Assembly: GCF_009914755.1 (NCBI RefSeq)
Contig: NC_060931.1
Source: the human T2T-CHM13v2.0 reference genome, Homo sapiens
DNA length: 64,000 nt
Strand: one strand, 5' to 3'
Each line of letters starts with the position of its first letter. The first letter of the stretch is position 1. Under the pieces are notes generated by a model. The model saw only the letters and a program-made list of their open reading frames with translations, had not been told where the DNA came from and made no database searches. This document shows, in pieces, positions 1 through 12,445 of the stretch. The position numbers and the translations under genes are program-made.

Positions 1-77
1 TCTCTCTCTCTTTTTCTTCCTTCTTTCTTTCCTTCCTTCCTTCCTTCCTTCCTTCCTTCCTTCCTTTCTTTCTTTTT
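1..77. repeat. CT-rich/(TTCC)n simple repeat (expanded Alu tail)
   Basis: Tandem TTCC units directly abutting the 3' end of a minus-strand Alu. Confidence 0.9.
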
Positions 78-381
78 CACAGGGTCTTGCTTTGCCACCC
101 AGGCTTGAGTGCAGTGGTACAGGAACGGCTCACTGCAGCCTCGACCTCTAGAGCTCAGGTGATTCTCCCATCTCAGTCTCCCAAGCAGCTGGGACCACAG
201 GTACCGACACCATGCCCGGCTAATTTGTTTGTTTTGTTTTGTGTTTTTCTTTCTTTCTTTTTTTTTTTTAGAGAAGCGGTTTTGCCATGTTGCCCAAGCT
301 GTTCTCAAACTCATGGGCTCAAGCGATCTGCCCGCCTCGGCCTCCCAAAGTGTTGGGATTACAAGCGTGAGCCACCATGCC
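78..381 (-). mobile_element. AluJ SINE
   Basis: Two-arm Alu reverse complement ending ...ggattacaagcgtgagccaccatgccc; J-type gggctcaagcgat; source of ORF 87..401. Confidence 0.92.
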
Positions 382-399
382 CACTTCACTTCTTTCTTT

Positions 400-900
400 A
401 ATTAACCTGGATTTCATCATACAATTTTTCAGTGACTCCCTCACTGGTCAATGACTTCATTTCATTTCCAATGTCTTTTGCTTCTCTTACCCTAATAATA
501 CTCAACCCTGGATAAATCCAGCCATTTGCCTTTTCACTGTCTTTCATCTGACTATGGAGTATTTTTGCAAAAAAGTCACACAGCAAAAATTCATGATTCA
601 AATTTCAACCTGGCCATATCTCCTTATTCAAAGGGAAAAGAAGCTATCATATGGAATTCTCTGCCTACAGACTTATCTGATTCTGCTTGGTCTTTTTCTC
701 CTCTTCAATCTTAAAGCAACTGCCTCCCTGTCCTCCTGTGCAAGAGTTTGGCTCCTCTACTGACAACTTGGATCCTGGTCCCTCCCTGTTTACATGGACT
801 TGCTCTGTCTTTAATTCCTTCCTGTTTACCTTTGATTCCTTCCTGCTTATCTTTATCTTCTTTATCTCTGTTACCTCTTTCTCCTGAGCATAGAACTATG
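400..900 (+). mobile_element. L2 LINE fragment
   Basis: tcaaccctggataaatcca and CT-rich L2 ORF2-like composition. Confidence 0.5.
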
Positions 901-1039
901 CTCAAATCTTGCCTTGGAAAAATCTCCCTTTTCTACAATGTATCAATATTGTTTAATATTTTAAATTTGCATTCCTCATTGACGAGTTCTATCTTGCGTT
1001 TATTGCATGGAAACTAAGATGTTCTCTAAGATGTTCAAG

Positions 1040-1280
1040 TATTTCTAGACAGAATAAAACATAAGAAACAACCTAAATGTCTGTCAATAGAGGTTTGGTT
1101 AAATAGATTTTGTTAAATATAAATATATTTGTATGCCTTCATACAAACAGAATGCTACAGGTCCAGTAAAAAAAGAATAGGATTAATCTCTGTATCCACT
1201 GACATAGAAAGAGACACACTTTTAGGCAAAAGGGGCCAGTTGAGGGACATATACAGATTCAATTTTTATAAACTTTAATT
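1040..1280 (+). mobile_element. Old L1M 3' fragment
   Basis: aaacaacctaaatgtctgtcaatagagg matches the L1M 3' region. Confidence 0.55.
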
Positions 1281-1584
1281 AAATACACACATACAAATGC
1301 TAGTGTCTTTTTAGCAGGCAAATCTCACATGCCACAAAGTTATGTGTAAATCAAATGTATTTTTTCTTTATTTTTCTATAGCTAAACCTAATTTCTTACA
1401 TGTCCTTTCTGCCTAGTGACATAAACCTATTCTGAGTCAATTCAGGTTAAATTTAACTAATTCAGAGTATTCTCAGTTAATATAAATCTTGTCTCCTTTC
1501 CTTTCTCTGCAGAGAAGCAACTGGTTTTTAGGGGAGCTTATGTTGTTTCCAGGAAAGGGGATATCAATACTCAGTTGCCAGCCT

Positions 1585-2090
1585 GTTCATTCATTCACAT
1601 AGTCAATCAACAATTTTTGATTGTGTATCATATGTCAATCATTGTTCTAAGTTTCTAGAAATACAGCAATGAACAAAGCAGTAAAATCACAGCAGAAGCA
1701 GCAAGAACATCCTGACTTCATAAAGCTTAATTTCTGTTGGGTACAGACATACAATAAAATAATAAGTAAAGTATGTAGTATATTGGGTAAGTGTTTTGGA
1801 TACAAATTAAGAAAAGGGGACAGGGAGGCTAGGGCAAGGGATGTTGCTGCTTTAACAAGGCTGATCAGGGAAACTCATCCTGATCAGGCGACCTTTGAGC
1901 AGAGAGCAGAAGGAGGTGAGGGCAGCAGCCATAGATGTGTGGGGGAAGAGGATTCCAGGTAGAGGAAAGAGCTACATTTGCTCTCTTATTCAAGCATGAA
2001 GCATGCTTGACCTGCTTGAGTAAGAGCAAAGAGATCCGTTTGGCCCAAGCAGAGTGAACAAAGCAGAGAATGAGAGCAAAATAGTTTGGA
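1585..2090 (-). mobile_element. L2 3' end
   Basis: Starts cattcattca...; tacagcaatgaacaaa; gacctttgagcagag, all typical of antisense L2. Confidence 0.8.
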
Positions 2091-2829
2091 GATAAAGTGG
2101 GGAGTCATGATGGTGGTGGGAACCTCTGTTGCTCCTTATCCCTTTCCTGGACAGCTCAGCTCAGGATGGCTAAGGGTTCTCAATCCCTTCTCAGGACATT
2201 TACCGCCTCTATCACTCTGGCTTCCTTCTGCTTCTGAGCCTTTGCCCCAGCTCCAGATACATGTTTATGTAGGAAAAAGTGCACTAAACCACAAACTTCA
2301 GATTTAGGGTCTTTTAGAACCTCAACTCCTAAGACTCAGAACTTTTTTCTCAAAGATTTACCTCTGTTCAGGACTCCAAATTTATCCAAATTTCAAGATT
2401 TGTATCTGCTCAGGATTTTGAGATTTTTGAATCTCAAAATTGAGAGTGGGCTTTTTCTTTCGCTCAGAATTTTTGCTGTAACTGCCCTCCTTTGGAACAA
2501 TGGATGACACTTAGCTAGTTTAAATAGGGAAAGAGCAGAGGTGGACATAGAATGTAAAATGGAATTCCTAGAAATGAAAAACACATTGACTAATATTTAA
2601 AACAATTACCTAATACCTTATCTTCCTACTGTTAATGATAGTTATCTCCTTTGTTCTGCATTCTAGGAGGCTTTTCTTTACTATCTTTACTATAGCTTTC
2701 TGAATCTCTCGAACATTTTCCCAGTTGCCATGTATTAATTTTGTAATCATACAAAGCTATAAAAATAAGCAATAAAATTATATATAAATAAGACACTGTC
2801 CTTTGGTGTAATTTCACTCTTTATCTCTC

Positions 2830-4325
2830 TTCCCTCTTTCCTCTGCACCTGCTCAGCCAACCTTCTTAAAGTAAAACCTGTACTTTCTCTCCCTCACTCC
2901 TTAGTGTACTGTTATCTGACATCACCCTCCAACTCACCGTGGAGACTGTTTTCTAGTTCAGTCAACTCTAAAATGCCAAGGAAAATGGATGTCCAACCTA
3001 TTTATCCCATTACCTTGTCTGCTGTGTGTGATACTATTGACCATTTGCCTTTCTTGACACTCTTTCCTCTCCTACCTCTCTGGATAGACACTCTTTCTCA
3101 GTCTCCTTCTTGAAGTCTCCTTTCTCCTTGTACCATGTCAGTGTTGGTGTTCTATTAAACTCTTCACTTGATCTTAGCCAAAAGGCCGAGAAGCTATATG
3201 TTCTACTAAATTCTGTCCTCAAACTTCCTCCCTCCTATTACCAATCTTGATAAATTTTCATGGATACGTGCATTTTCATTTATGACTCCAACTTCCCATG
3301 TATATAACTATTAATCCTTAATATGTATCTTCAACCTGGAAAAAAATTGTGGATTAAAAATGCTATATTCAGTGGCTGATAAGACATCTCTGGCTGATGC
3401 ACTGACATCTCAAGTTTGGCTTCTGCATACATGATTTTTTCACTCTCTCAAACTATCTCTTCTTCCTTTATTTCCCATCTCGGGGTTTAATGGCTCCACC
3501 ATTCAGTTTCTGAAGCCAGAAATGGTGGCATCTTCAGTTATCTCTACCTGCCTACTCACCATCTTTATTCCTTATGCTTACTCCGCATTTAATTGCACTC
3601 CCAATTTTTGGAGTTGTGTTTTCTAAGTGTTTGTGAAATATTTGTTTTTCTCTCCATCCTTATTGTCATTGCCTTGGTTTTGGCTTTGGTAAGTCCTTGC
3701 TTGTGCTACTGTAATAGTCTTCTGGCATCCAGTTTCACCTCTTCTAATCTGTTCCAACGGTCACAAGGGTGAATTTTGAAAACTGAAATCTTGTTCTGTT
3801 CCTTTTTTTTCATTTTTAATGGCCATTAAAAATGGTCTTCAGAATAAAATATAAATTTGTCAGCATTGCATGCAAGGCATTCCATGATCCAGCCTCTATC
3901 TACTTACCACACTAACTTCCTACTAAAAATTTCTTTGGCGTTATTGATCCTCTTGGAGTTCCCTTATATATTCTTGTTCTCTCTTACTTCTAATTGTTTG
4001 CATAAATGACTACCTCTGCTAGTAATGTCCTTCTTCCCTTTCTCCCCAAGTCTGTGAAGACTCCACTTAAACCTCATATTCCATTAAAGTACCTTTTAAT
4101 TTCTCTGCCTCTCCAATTTTACATCTGTTGCCCCTGCTAAGTATTCCTTCTCTGTACTACCGTACTGTCCCAAGCATTATCACTCTACACTTTCATAATC
4201 ACATTTTTTATCTGTTCCCACATAAGCCTATAAATTCCCTAAGTATAGGAACTGCATCTGGTTCTCTCCCCTGCTAGAACACTACTTGACACATGATAAC
4301 AACTAACAAATATTTGTTGTCTGAT
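2830..4325 (+). mobile_element. L2 LINE (about 1.5 kb 3' portion)
   Basis: Degenerate L2 motifs ending in acaaatatttgttg, the L2 3' terminus. Confidence 0.75.
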
Positions 4326-4459
4326 TTAATAGCCACCAAAGATATTTCAAAATAATTCTCTCCCATAGTGTATATCTCAAATTGATTTTTTGTTTAGCAG
4401 AAGAAGCAATCTGCTTTGCTAGAAAAAGTATCTATGCTAAAAGCAAGAAATATTGTACC

Positions 4460-4905
4460 TGGATTTTCATAGCAGCATATTCATAATGGCCAAAAAGTAG
4501 AAACAACTCAAATATTCATCAACTGATATTTATGATATTAACATACAATGAATACTATTCAGCCATAAGAAGGAATGAAGAACATTCATTCCTTCATACG
4601 TAATAGAACATATTTGTAATACAACATAGATGAACCTCAAAAACATACTAAATGAAAGCAATTCACAAAAGACTACATATTGTATGATTCCATTTATATG
4701 AAAGTCCATGATGGAGAAATCTATAGAAATAGAAAATGAATTGATATTTGCTTGGGCTTTGGGTGAGTAGCAAAGGGAGGATGGAGAAATAGTGAGGTTG
4801 ATAAAATTGATGGTGATAGTTGTATCTTTCTGTAAATATACTAAAAACTGCTGAATTATATACTTTACATGGGTAAATTACAGGGTATATGGATTACCTC
4901 TCAGA
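4460..4905 (+). mobile_element. L1MB/L1MC-type 3' end
   Basis: catagcagcatattcataatggccaaaaagtagaaacaactcaaat...; tgtatgattccatttatatgaa. Confidence 0.85.
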
Positions 4906-5984
4906 AAACCGAAGCCAGTGGCCAGTATTTTACTTCTCTCCACACCAGTCTGGGCACCAGTCATGAACCAATGCAGGACCAAGGTCTTGGTAGTGCTTGG
5001 GATGGAAATGGCCCTAAAAAATCTGGCTAAATTAGCCTAAGACTAACCCGGTATATGCTCAAGAGGCCAGATCTATCACAGCAGGTGTGGGAACAGGTGT
5101 TAGTAGGCAATGCTTTAGGAGTTCTGGACCAAGTGCACTCAAGAGAACAAGTAAACTGTTCCTGTCATTTGCCTGGCCAGCTCAGGAAAGGTTCCAAGTA
5201 GTTCTTTCTTGTGTCCTTCTGGAATGGAGAAGACTTGGGGTTTGGTTGGTTTTCTTGGGTCACTTTATGATGGGACAGGCACCTTCTGAAAGAAACTAAG
5301 AATGATGATAAAATGCTACCTGCTTAGCTTTTTTTTGTTTTTTCTTGCATCTAGTATCTGAGGCCTCTGAAACCATTAAAGTCAGAAGGAAGAAACTTAA
5401 AGGAAAATAGAAAGATTGTAACTTCATCACCTGGATTCTGGTGCACAACATTCCACTTGGAAATGTTTTATTGAGCACCCGCTCTAAATTCCGGGCTGTG
5501 ACTTATCAATTTGGTTTTGTTATTGTTGTTCTTGTTAAATGAATGAATATAAATTTATTCAAAAGTAGAAAATAATTCTTAATTACTATCTTAATCAATA
5601 ATTGAAAGCATCCAAAATCAACAATAGAACTTTGGTAGAATTTAACTACAGGCAAATTCTTCCCAGTGAAGTGGAAGTCTATTCACTGAAACAGGGTATT
5701 AAAAGACAGTAAGTCTGAAGAAAAAGTTTTGCTCCATATATGACAAACAAATGATTCTTCTTAGGCAAACATCTTATGTATTGATTATTTAAAATTATAT
5801 AAAAATTAAAAATAGCTAAAGGTTAAGTTATTCAAATAAAAATCTTGGATATCATTAGTAATAAAATGTGGCAAGTACAAATGACAAAAAAATACTACTT
5901 TTCCTGTTAACTTTTTATGAATTGGGTTCTGAAGGTGGCATAAGAGTTTTATCTACCCATGTATCTATTGGATGGGTTGAGTGT

Positions 5985-6830
5985 GAATTAACTTAGGGGA
6001 CAAACGGGTAAGGGTCTAAGAGAAGGGTACTCTAGAGGCTTGAGGTAGCACATTGTGCTCAGAGATATGTGAAAAGTTCGGCACTGCTGGAGTTTACAAT
6101 GAAAGAAGAAGGAGAAGAGTGTAGAGTGAAGCAAGGTGTTAAAGCAAACTAAACATGGCCTGAGAAGGACTCCATACTTCTATATTTGAGTCCTTGTGGA
6201 CAAACTGTATCCTACCTTAATACACAGACCAGATTTAAAACCTAACTTAGAAGTATGTGCCTGTAACAATAGCTGAGTCTTGGCGGATCCCAGCGGCCAT
6301 ACTTCAACCACTTATAGACTGCTGAGTGTTCAAACTGTGCTCAAACAAGGCAAACGTCAGCCTGTAACCAATCCAGTACGTCACTTGCTTTTTTTCATCT
6401 ATAAATTTGTTCTCACCACGAGGCATCCCTGGAGTCTCTGAATCTGCTGTGATTCTGGGGTCTGCCCGATTTGCCAATTGTTCATTGCTCAATTAAACTC
6501 CTTTGAATGTAATTTGGCCGAAGTTTTCCTTTTAACAAAAGTAAACAAGAAGAGTCAAGATTATGGAGGACATTGGGCAGGAAATGGTGAAGAACTTTGA
6601 CTGTATCTTGAGGATGATCAGGAGTGACTGAAAGGCTTTCTATAGGGAAATCCCAGTCAGAATAGAGTTTTGGCAAGAGTAATCTGACCATGATATGGAA
6701 GGTGGACAGCAGGTAGAGTGAGGCTGAAGATAGGATGGCCACTCAAGAACTATGGGGTGGTCTAGTGAGATGCGGAACTTGAAGCCAGCCAAGAAAGTGG
6801 GGCTGGAGAGGAGAGCAAATGTGCAACAAG
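5985..6830 (-). mobile_element. L2 fragment interrupted by MER57 LTR
   Basis: Purine-rich antisense L2 motifs on both sides of the LTR. Confidence 0.6.
6137..6537 (+). mobile_element. MER57-family (MER57B1-like) ERV1 solo LTR
   Basis: TGTTAAAGCAAACTAAACATGGCCTGAGAAGGACTCC...TTTAACA with TG..CA ends; 4-bp flanks AAGG/AAAG. Confidence 0.8.
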
Positions 6831-7429
6831 CAGTGTCTACAGCACCACCCCCTCAGTTTACAGAGTTTACATTCAAAGGAAAACACCGCAAAAGACACAC
6901 TTAGCCTCTTCAGTTTTAACATAGGTTCATCCTCAAGTGAAGGTGTTTTTTTGTTCCTACTGCATAACTGTAGGAAGGAGACTGTTAGTCCAGAGCTGGG
7001 TGTAGCATGTGGTCAGTAAAATTCTCTGGGCTGCTTTCTGCATGTCACGATGGTTAACTGGTCCTCACCCTGGCTGTAGGTGTCTGATAATACAAGGATT
7101 TGGACCCAAGTTGTAGGTAGCTCCTATCTTAAGGCTCCTGCTCAGACCCTAAGGGAGTTTCCTGGAAACCCTGAGCTCTGTTGCTATAGGGAATTGGCTC
7201 TACTCTAAGTGGCAACCAGGGAGAGTCTTGGGCTCTGAGGAGAAAAGAACTTTGCAAGTCTCAAGAAAGATTGAGTGATTCTTTAAGTTCTCATTTGGAA
7301 TTTATTTTCGCCTTTCTAAGAATGCAATACATCTGGTTATTGACCTTTTAATATGTTCTGCATAGAATGAGGCTAATAAATATGGGTTATAGCTTACCAC
7401 CTTCATTACCCTCCTCATAAGCCCACTTT

Positions 7430-7565
<136 letters not shown>

Positions 7566-8007
7566 ATCCCACTTTTTTATGAATTGGGTTCTGAAGAAAA
7601 AAAAATTCCAGACAACTTCACAAGTTGGCCAAGAAATGTACAATTTCATTTTTAAATTATAAATTATATTTTTATGGTTTAAGAAAAAATTACATGACTA
7701 ACATTTTTTAAATTACATAGACAATAGTTACTGGGTCTAACTCTAGTTAGATTAGTGGACCTATATCTAATATTCAGTAATGATTGGTTTCTTTATGCTG
7801 GGATTAAGCTGAATTGCTTGGGGCTAGTGAGAAAGCATATGAGAGGACATTTGACAAAAACTAAGAGTGAAATATTGAGAGAAAGTAAAAGCTGTTCTTT
7901 GCTAGGTGGTCAGGAATGTATGGGAAGCCCATAGACATAAGGACAGGTGTTTCAGAGGTGGAGGTGCTCAGATCACAAAACCAAAGGGGGAAGTGTGTTC
8001 TCTAGAT

Positions 8008-8132
8008 ATTTTGCAGGTGAGGAACCTGAAGCCCAGAGAAGTGAACTGTCTTGACAAGGTCATATAGCTGGTTAGTGGCAGGGCCTAGATGAAAACTGAC
8101 CTCTCTTGATTCAAAGTCCATTGCTTTTTCTA
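8008..8132 (-). mobile_element. MIR SINE
   Basis: gaggaacctgaagcccagagaagtgaactgtcttgacaaggtca core. Confidence 0.8.
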
Positions 8133-8399
8133 ATACCCCACATTATCCTGTGATTAAATACAGAGCTGGTGATTTCGGTGACTATAGAGCCACACAGATA
8201 AGGACCAGAATAGAAAGAGTGGTAAAATTATATGAGAAAATGACAAAAACAGACTTACAAAACTAAAGTAATAGGTCAGATTCGTCTTTCTAGATTAAAG
8301 GAAACAATAGCTATCTCCTAAGGCTGGGGAGGGATGGGTTAGTGGCAGAAGAGTGCACTGGGCCCTTACTTGGTATTTGGTTCAAGAAATAGTATAATA

Positions 8400-8695
8400 A
8401 TCCAACTTTAAGAAAAACCTTCAGGTAATATTTTTCACATACACACAAGGCAAAGTGCGAAAAGGTCTGATTAAGAAGCATACCCAATAGAAGGTTCTAG
8501 CACATTGTTAAATAATTGTATTACCCTTCTAATTGCCAGGGAAGTGGGTGGAGATCTGTTAAAACTTTACAATAGACAAGGCGCAACAAGGAATCTAGAT
8601 AACAGCCAACAGAACTAGTTATAAAAAGATTAGAAGCACTTGAAGTTGACCAAACAGCAGGAGCAGATAACACACATCTGCAAGTTCTAAAGCCA
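8400..8695 (+). mobile_element. CR1/L3 LINE ORF2 fossil
   Basis: 8612-8692 translates ELVIKRLEALEVDQTAGADNTHLQVLK, resembling the CR1 motif L-D-x-x-K-S-A-G-P-D-x-I-H-P-R-V-L-K. Confidence 0.55.
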
Positions 8696-8934
8696 TAAGC
8701 AAGGCGACTGGTGAAGCTAGGACGTGCATACAGAGCACTAAGGGGAAGGTTGAATAAGAATCTGAGGCATTCAGGTGTCAACTGTCTAAGATATTTCAGT
8801 AAGCCACTTTCTAAACAAAGCTGATCAGAACAACTGGAACTCAGTTTTCTCATATGTGTGAAAAAGAGCACCCTAGGGACCTATGATTCATAAAACTTCA
8901 GTGTAGTGTTCCAAAGAGGTAGGAAATAAACACA

Positions 8935-9135
8935 CAGATTATTGAGCAGCTCCTATAACCAGGCACTGCATTAGACTCTTCTAATTCTAAGAATCTGCTG
9001 GCTTAGTGGTATTATCCCTACTGTATAAAGTCTCAGAAAAATTGATTAATTTGTACAAGGCCATTCTACTAATGACTTAGTGATGGAGCAGGAATTACTA
9101 CCTGGTTATGTCCAATGTTTATCCATTTCTCATAC
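8935..9135 (-). mobile_element. MIR SINE
   Basis: atttattgagcagctcctataaccaggcactg start with degenerate core. Confidence 0.6.
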
Positions 9136-9534
9136 AGCACAAAGTAGATGGGTGGGAAGAGTCATAACTTCTTGCCTACTCTGTCAAGGTTCTAGCGGAA
9201 GAAACCTGGAGAAGGCAGGTCAGTTCATCCTGTGTTGGTGAATGTGTTCGTGATCCTTCAGGAAATGATGTTCTACAAAATTTCCCAGATAGTTTTTAGG
9301 GGAAACTTGGGAGGAAGTTGTCTGACTCTGGGTCTCAAACATTGTGCAGATACCAACAGTTCCCTCATAACTGGAGGATAAAATTTAGTCTTCAAACTCC
9401 ACGTTCTGCCATTCAAGACCCTTGCAAGTTTGCCCACGCTCTTTTGTTTAAACAGTTTTTAGTGTGAACTACAGCAAATACACAGACAAGTATGTAAAAC
9501 GTGTGTACAATTTTAGAAATGATAATTTATAAGA

Positions 9535-9760
9535 CTCTAGTTATATTCTAGGTACAATGACCAGCACTTTCTTCTCATTATATTCAATCTTCACAAAAAC
9601 TTAAGGTTTGTGAAGGAAATAAAGACCTATTTTATGAAGGAAAAAGCAGAGTCTGAGGATGAGTGGGTGGTTGGGGGTAGTTTAAGCAACTTGCTGAAAG
9701 TCATACAGCCATACAGCTAGAAAGAGGGAAAGGGATTTGAACCGTGGTCTGCTGGATGGT
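9535..9760 (-). mobile_element. MIR SINE
   Basis: ttcaatcttcacaa...ttaagcaacttgctgaaagtcatacagc...ggatttgaacc. Confidence 0.65.
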
Positions 9761-10409
9761 AGAATTGTCTACTTCCTGTTTGGCAAAACATGTCCTCCCA
9801 ATGCCACTTAGGTACATCATCCACTTTGCCCTGCCCCATCACCATCTCCATGAGGCACAGACTTCGCCACAGAGGCTGTCCATTACAGTTATCCAGATCC
9901 CAGGTGAGGGAAAATGGTCATGGGCAGAAACTGTCAGGCAGCCAAGACTCATGCATGGAGGTAGTGACCATTTTGCTACTGCTTATTTGCTTTAGAGCAA
10001 AAAAAAAAAAAAAAAAAAGTCATGGTTGAGAACCACATATTTGATTGTTCCCTAACAGAGAACACAGAGAAGTTGTCAGCATAGGTATATTCCAAATACT
10101 TCATGAAACTAAAAAATTAAGTGTTTTTTATCTGAGGTTCAAATCTAATTGTGCACTTTGTAATTTATTTGCTAAATTTAGCAATCCTAGTCCTTAAAGA
10201 GAAAGGCTTCCCATTATCTCCCATTCTTGGAAGCAAAAAATAATTGAAAATAGCCAAAATAAACACAGAGCAAGAAGCCCAGAAGCAAGAGTCCGTGATC
10301 CCTAAATATGGTTTATTTAGGATAAAATTATTTGGTCCCTCAGTTCTCCCTCCAGCTCTGCTGCTTGAGACACCACAGTTGAAAGCAGGTGCTTTAGGGA
10401 AAGGATTCA

Positions 10410-10540
10410 TGTGAACTGGAAGTTGGACTTCTAACTCTGAGTGAGTTTGAGCAACCCCTTAATCTCATCGAACCTAGTTTTCTCATTTGTAAAATTAAAA
10501 CACTAGACCAGGTAACCTCTGAGGTCTTTCCAATTCTAAA
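10410..10540 (+). mobile_element. MIR3-like SINE
   Basis: agttttctcatttgtaaaat...ctagaccaggtaacctctgaggtctttccaattcta. Confidence 0.7.
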
Positions 10541-11284
10541 AATATTCTCCTTTGTATAAAAGAAGTGAGGAGAAATCAACATTTGCTGAACATATATTAA
10601 ATGGTCAGTATTGTACAGGATAGTTTAATACATTATTTAATCCTCAAAATAATTCAGAGAAGCAAGTTCTACTATCCTTGAAATCAATGCATGGCAATTC
10701 TTGAAGGCAACCTTTATTTTTTCTCTTCTCTCATTTCAAGGAAAGACTACATAGATGCATTACAGAAACGAGTTAAATTCCACAACACGTTAACTAGACA
10801 TGGTTAGTTCACTGATGATTTGGTGGGGTGACAAAGTACCGATAACATACCAGATTTTCTGCTCTTAATTATGAATTTCCAATCTGCCACTAGCTATCAA
10901 TTCTCAAATTCTTTTCTTCCAAACCAGTCTGTTGTCCCTAGACTCCTTCCTCAATGGGATTAGACTCAGTAATAAAGTCGAATTCAGGGCATTTTCAAAG
11001 TGTGGAGAGGCTGTTTGAACTGGCCAATTGTCACTGAGAACTATCTTTCAAGCACTGAACATCTGTTGGTAAAAAGCTTCTGGCTGACTTTCAAGAGAAA
11101 CTCTTTAACTTCTATTGATAAGTAGTTCAGTTAAGTAGAAAAAAAAAACCCTGTGAGATTAATCAAATAGAAAATACACACAAAAGCGTTGTATTCTACA
11201 ATATGCCTTAGTGTTATGCTGCAATTATAATTGGGTTAAAATGGCAAAGATGAGGAGCATGAAATCATTTTAGGAAGCCTTTTG

Positions 11285-12445
11285 AGTAAGGCTCTTTTCT
11301 TTCAGCATAATACTCTTGAAATTAACCCACAGTTGTGCATATCATTAGTTTGTTACTTTTTGTTACTGGGTAGTATTCTATTGTATGAATGTACCACAGT
11401 TTATCTATTCATCCTTTTTGACCATTTAGGTTGTTTCCAGCTTTTGGTGACTGTGAATAGAACTGTAGAAATAAAAGATAAAAATTTCATATAGGTTTTT
11501 GTGCAGACATATGTTTTTATTTTTTGTGGGTAAATACTTAGAAATGGAATTGCTACATTGTATGGTAATTTTTTGTTTAATGTGTAACTAGCTGCTAAAC
11601 TTTTTCTCAATGTGATAGTACCATTTTACATTTCCACCAGCAGTGTATGAGAATTTCAGGTGCTCTGCATCCCAATCAACATTTGCTATTGTCATTCTTT
11701 TAAATTAGCCACTCTGATAGGTGTAATAAATTAGCCACTCTGATGCGTGTATCATATGATGGCTTCAACTTGCATTTCTCTAATAAGTAATGACATTGAG
11801 CATCTTTTCTTGTGCTTATTTGCCATCTGTGTATCTTCTTTTGTAAGTTATCTATTCAAACCTTTTGCCTATTTTTTAAAAATTGTGTGGTTTGCTTTCT
11901 TATGAGTTTTGAGAGTTCTTTTATATATCCTGGATACAAGCCCTTCATCAGATATGTGATTTGTAAATATTTTTCCCACCTTGTGTCTTGCTTTTTAATT
12001 TTCTTAACATTGTCTTTCAGATCTTTGAAAGTGCAGAAGCTTTTAATTTAATGAAGTCTAATTTACCATTTTTTTCTTTTTGATTCATGATTTCAGTGTC
12101 CTAAGAAATCTTTGACTAACTCAAGGTAACCAAGATTTTCTCCTTTTCCTTTTTTCTACATATTTTATCATTTTAGCACTTATGCTTAATTCTGTGAGCC
12201 ATATGGAGTTAATTTTTTAAATATGGTGGCAAAGGTTCACATTTTTTTCATATGTATACCCATTTGTCCAATACCATTTATTGAAACAACTCTATTCCCC
12301 ATTTAATAACCTTGACATCATTGTTGAAAATCAAACGGCTGTGTGGGTCTATTTTTGATTCTCTTCTATGTTTGTCCTTATGCAAACACCACATTGACTT
12401 AATTAGTGTAGCTTTTTACTAAATCTTAAAATCGAATGGTGAAAA
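11285..12445 (-). mobile_element. L1MB-type LINE 3' fragment
   Basis: Antisense L1 ORF2 C-terminal and 3'UTR motifs (ccattttacatttccaccagcagtgtatgaga; gcagaagcttttaatttaatgaagtc). Confidence 0.9.

Noticed and set aside
5100-5315. Minus-strand acceptor tagtttctttcag|AAG as coding partner of the 12.8-kb donor
   Set aside because: Joined frame stops after 9 codons (MEGACPIIK*); an isolated acceptor motif is not evidence
11701-11752. 26-bp tandem duplication in L1M
   Set aside because: Ordinary slippage duplication inside a dead repeat
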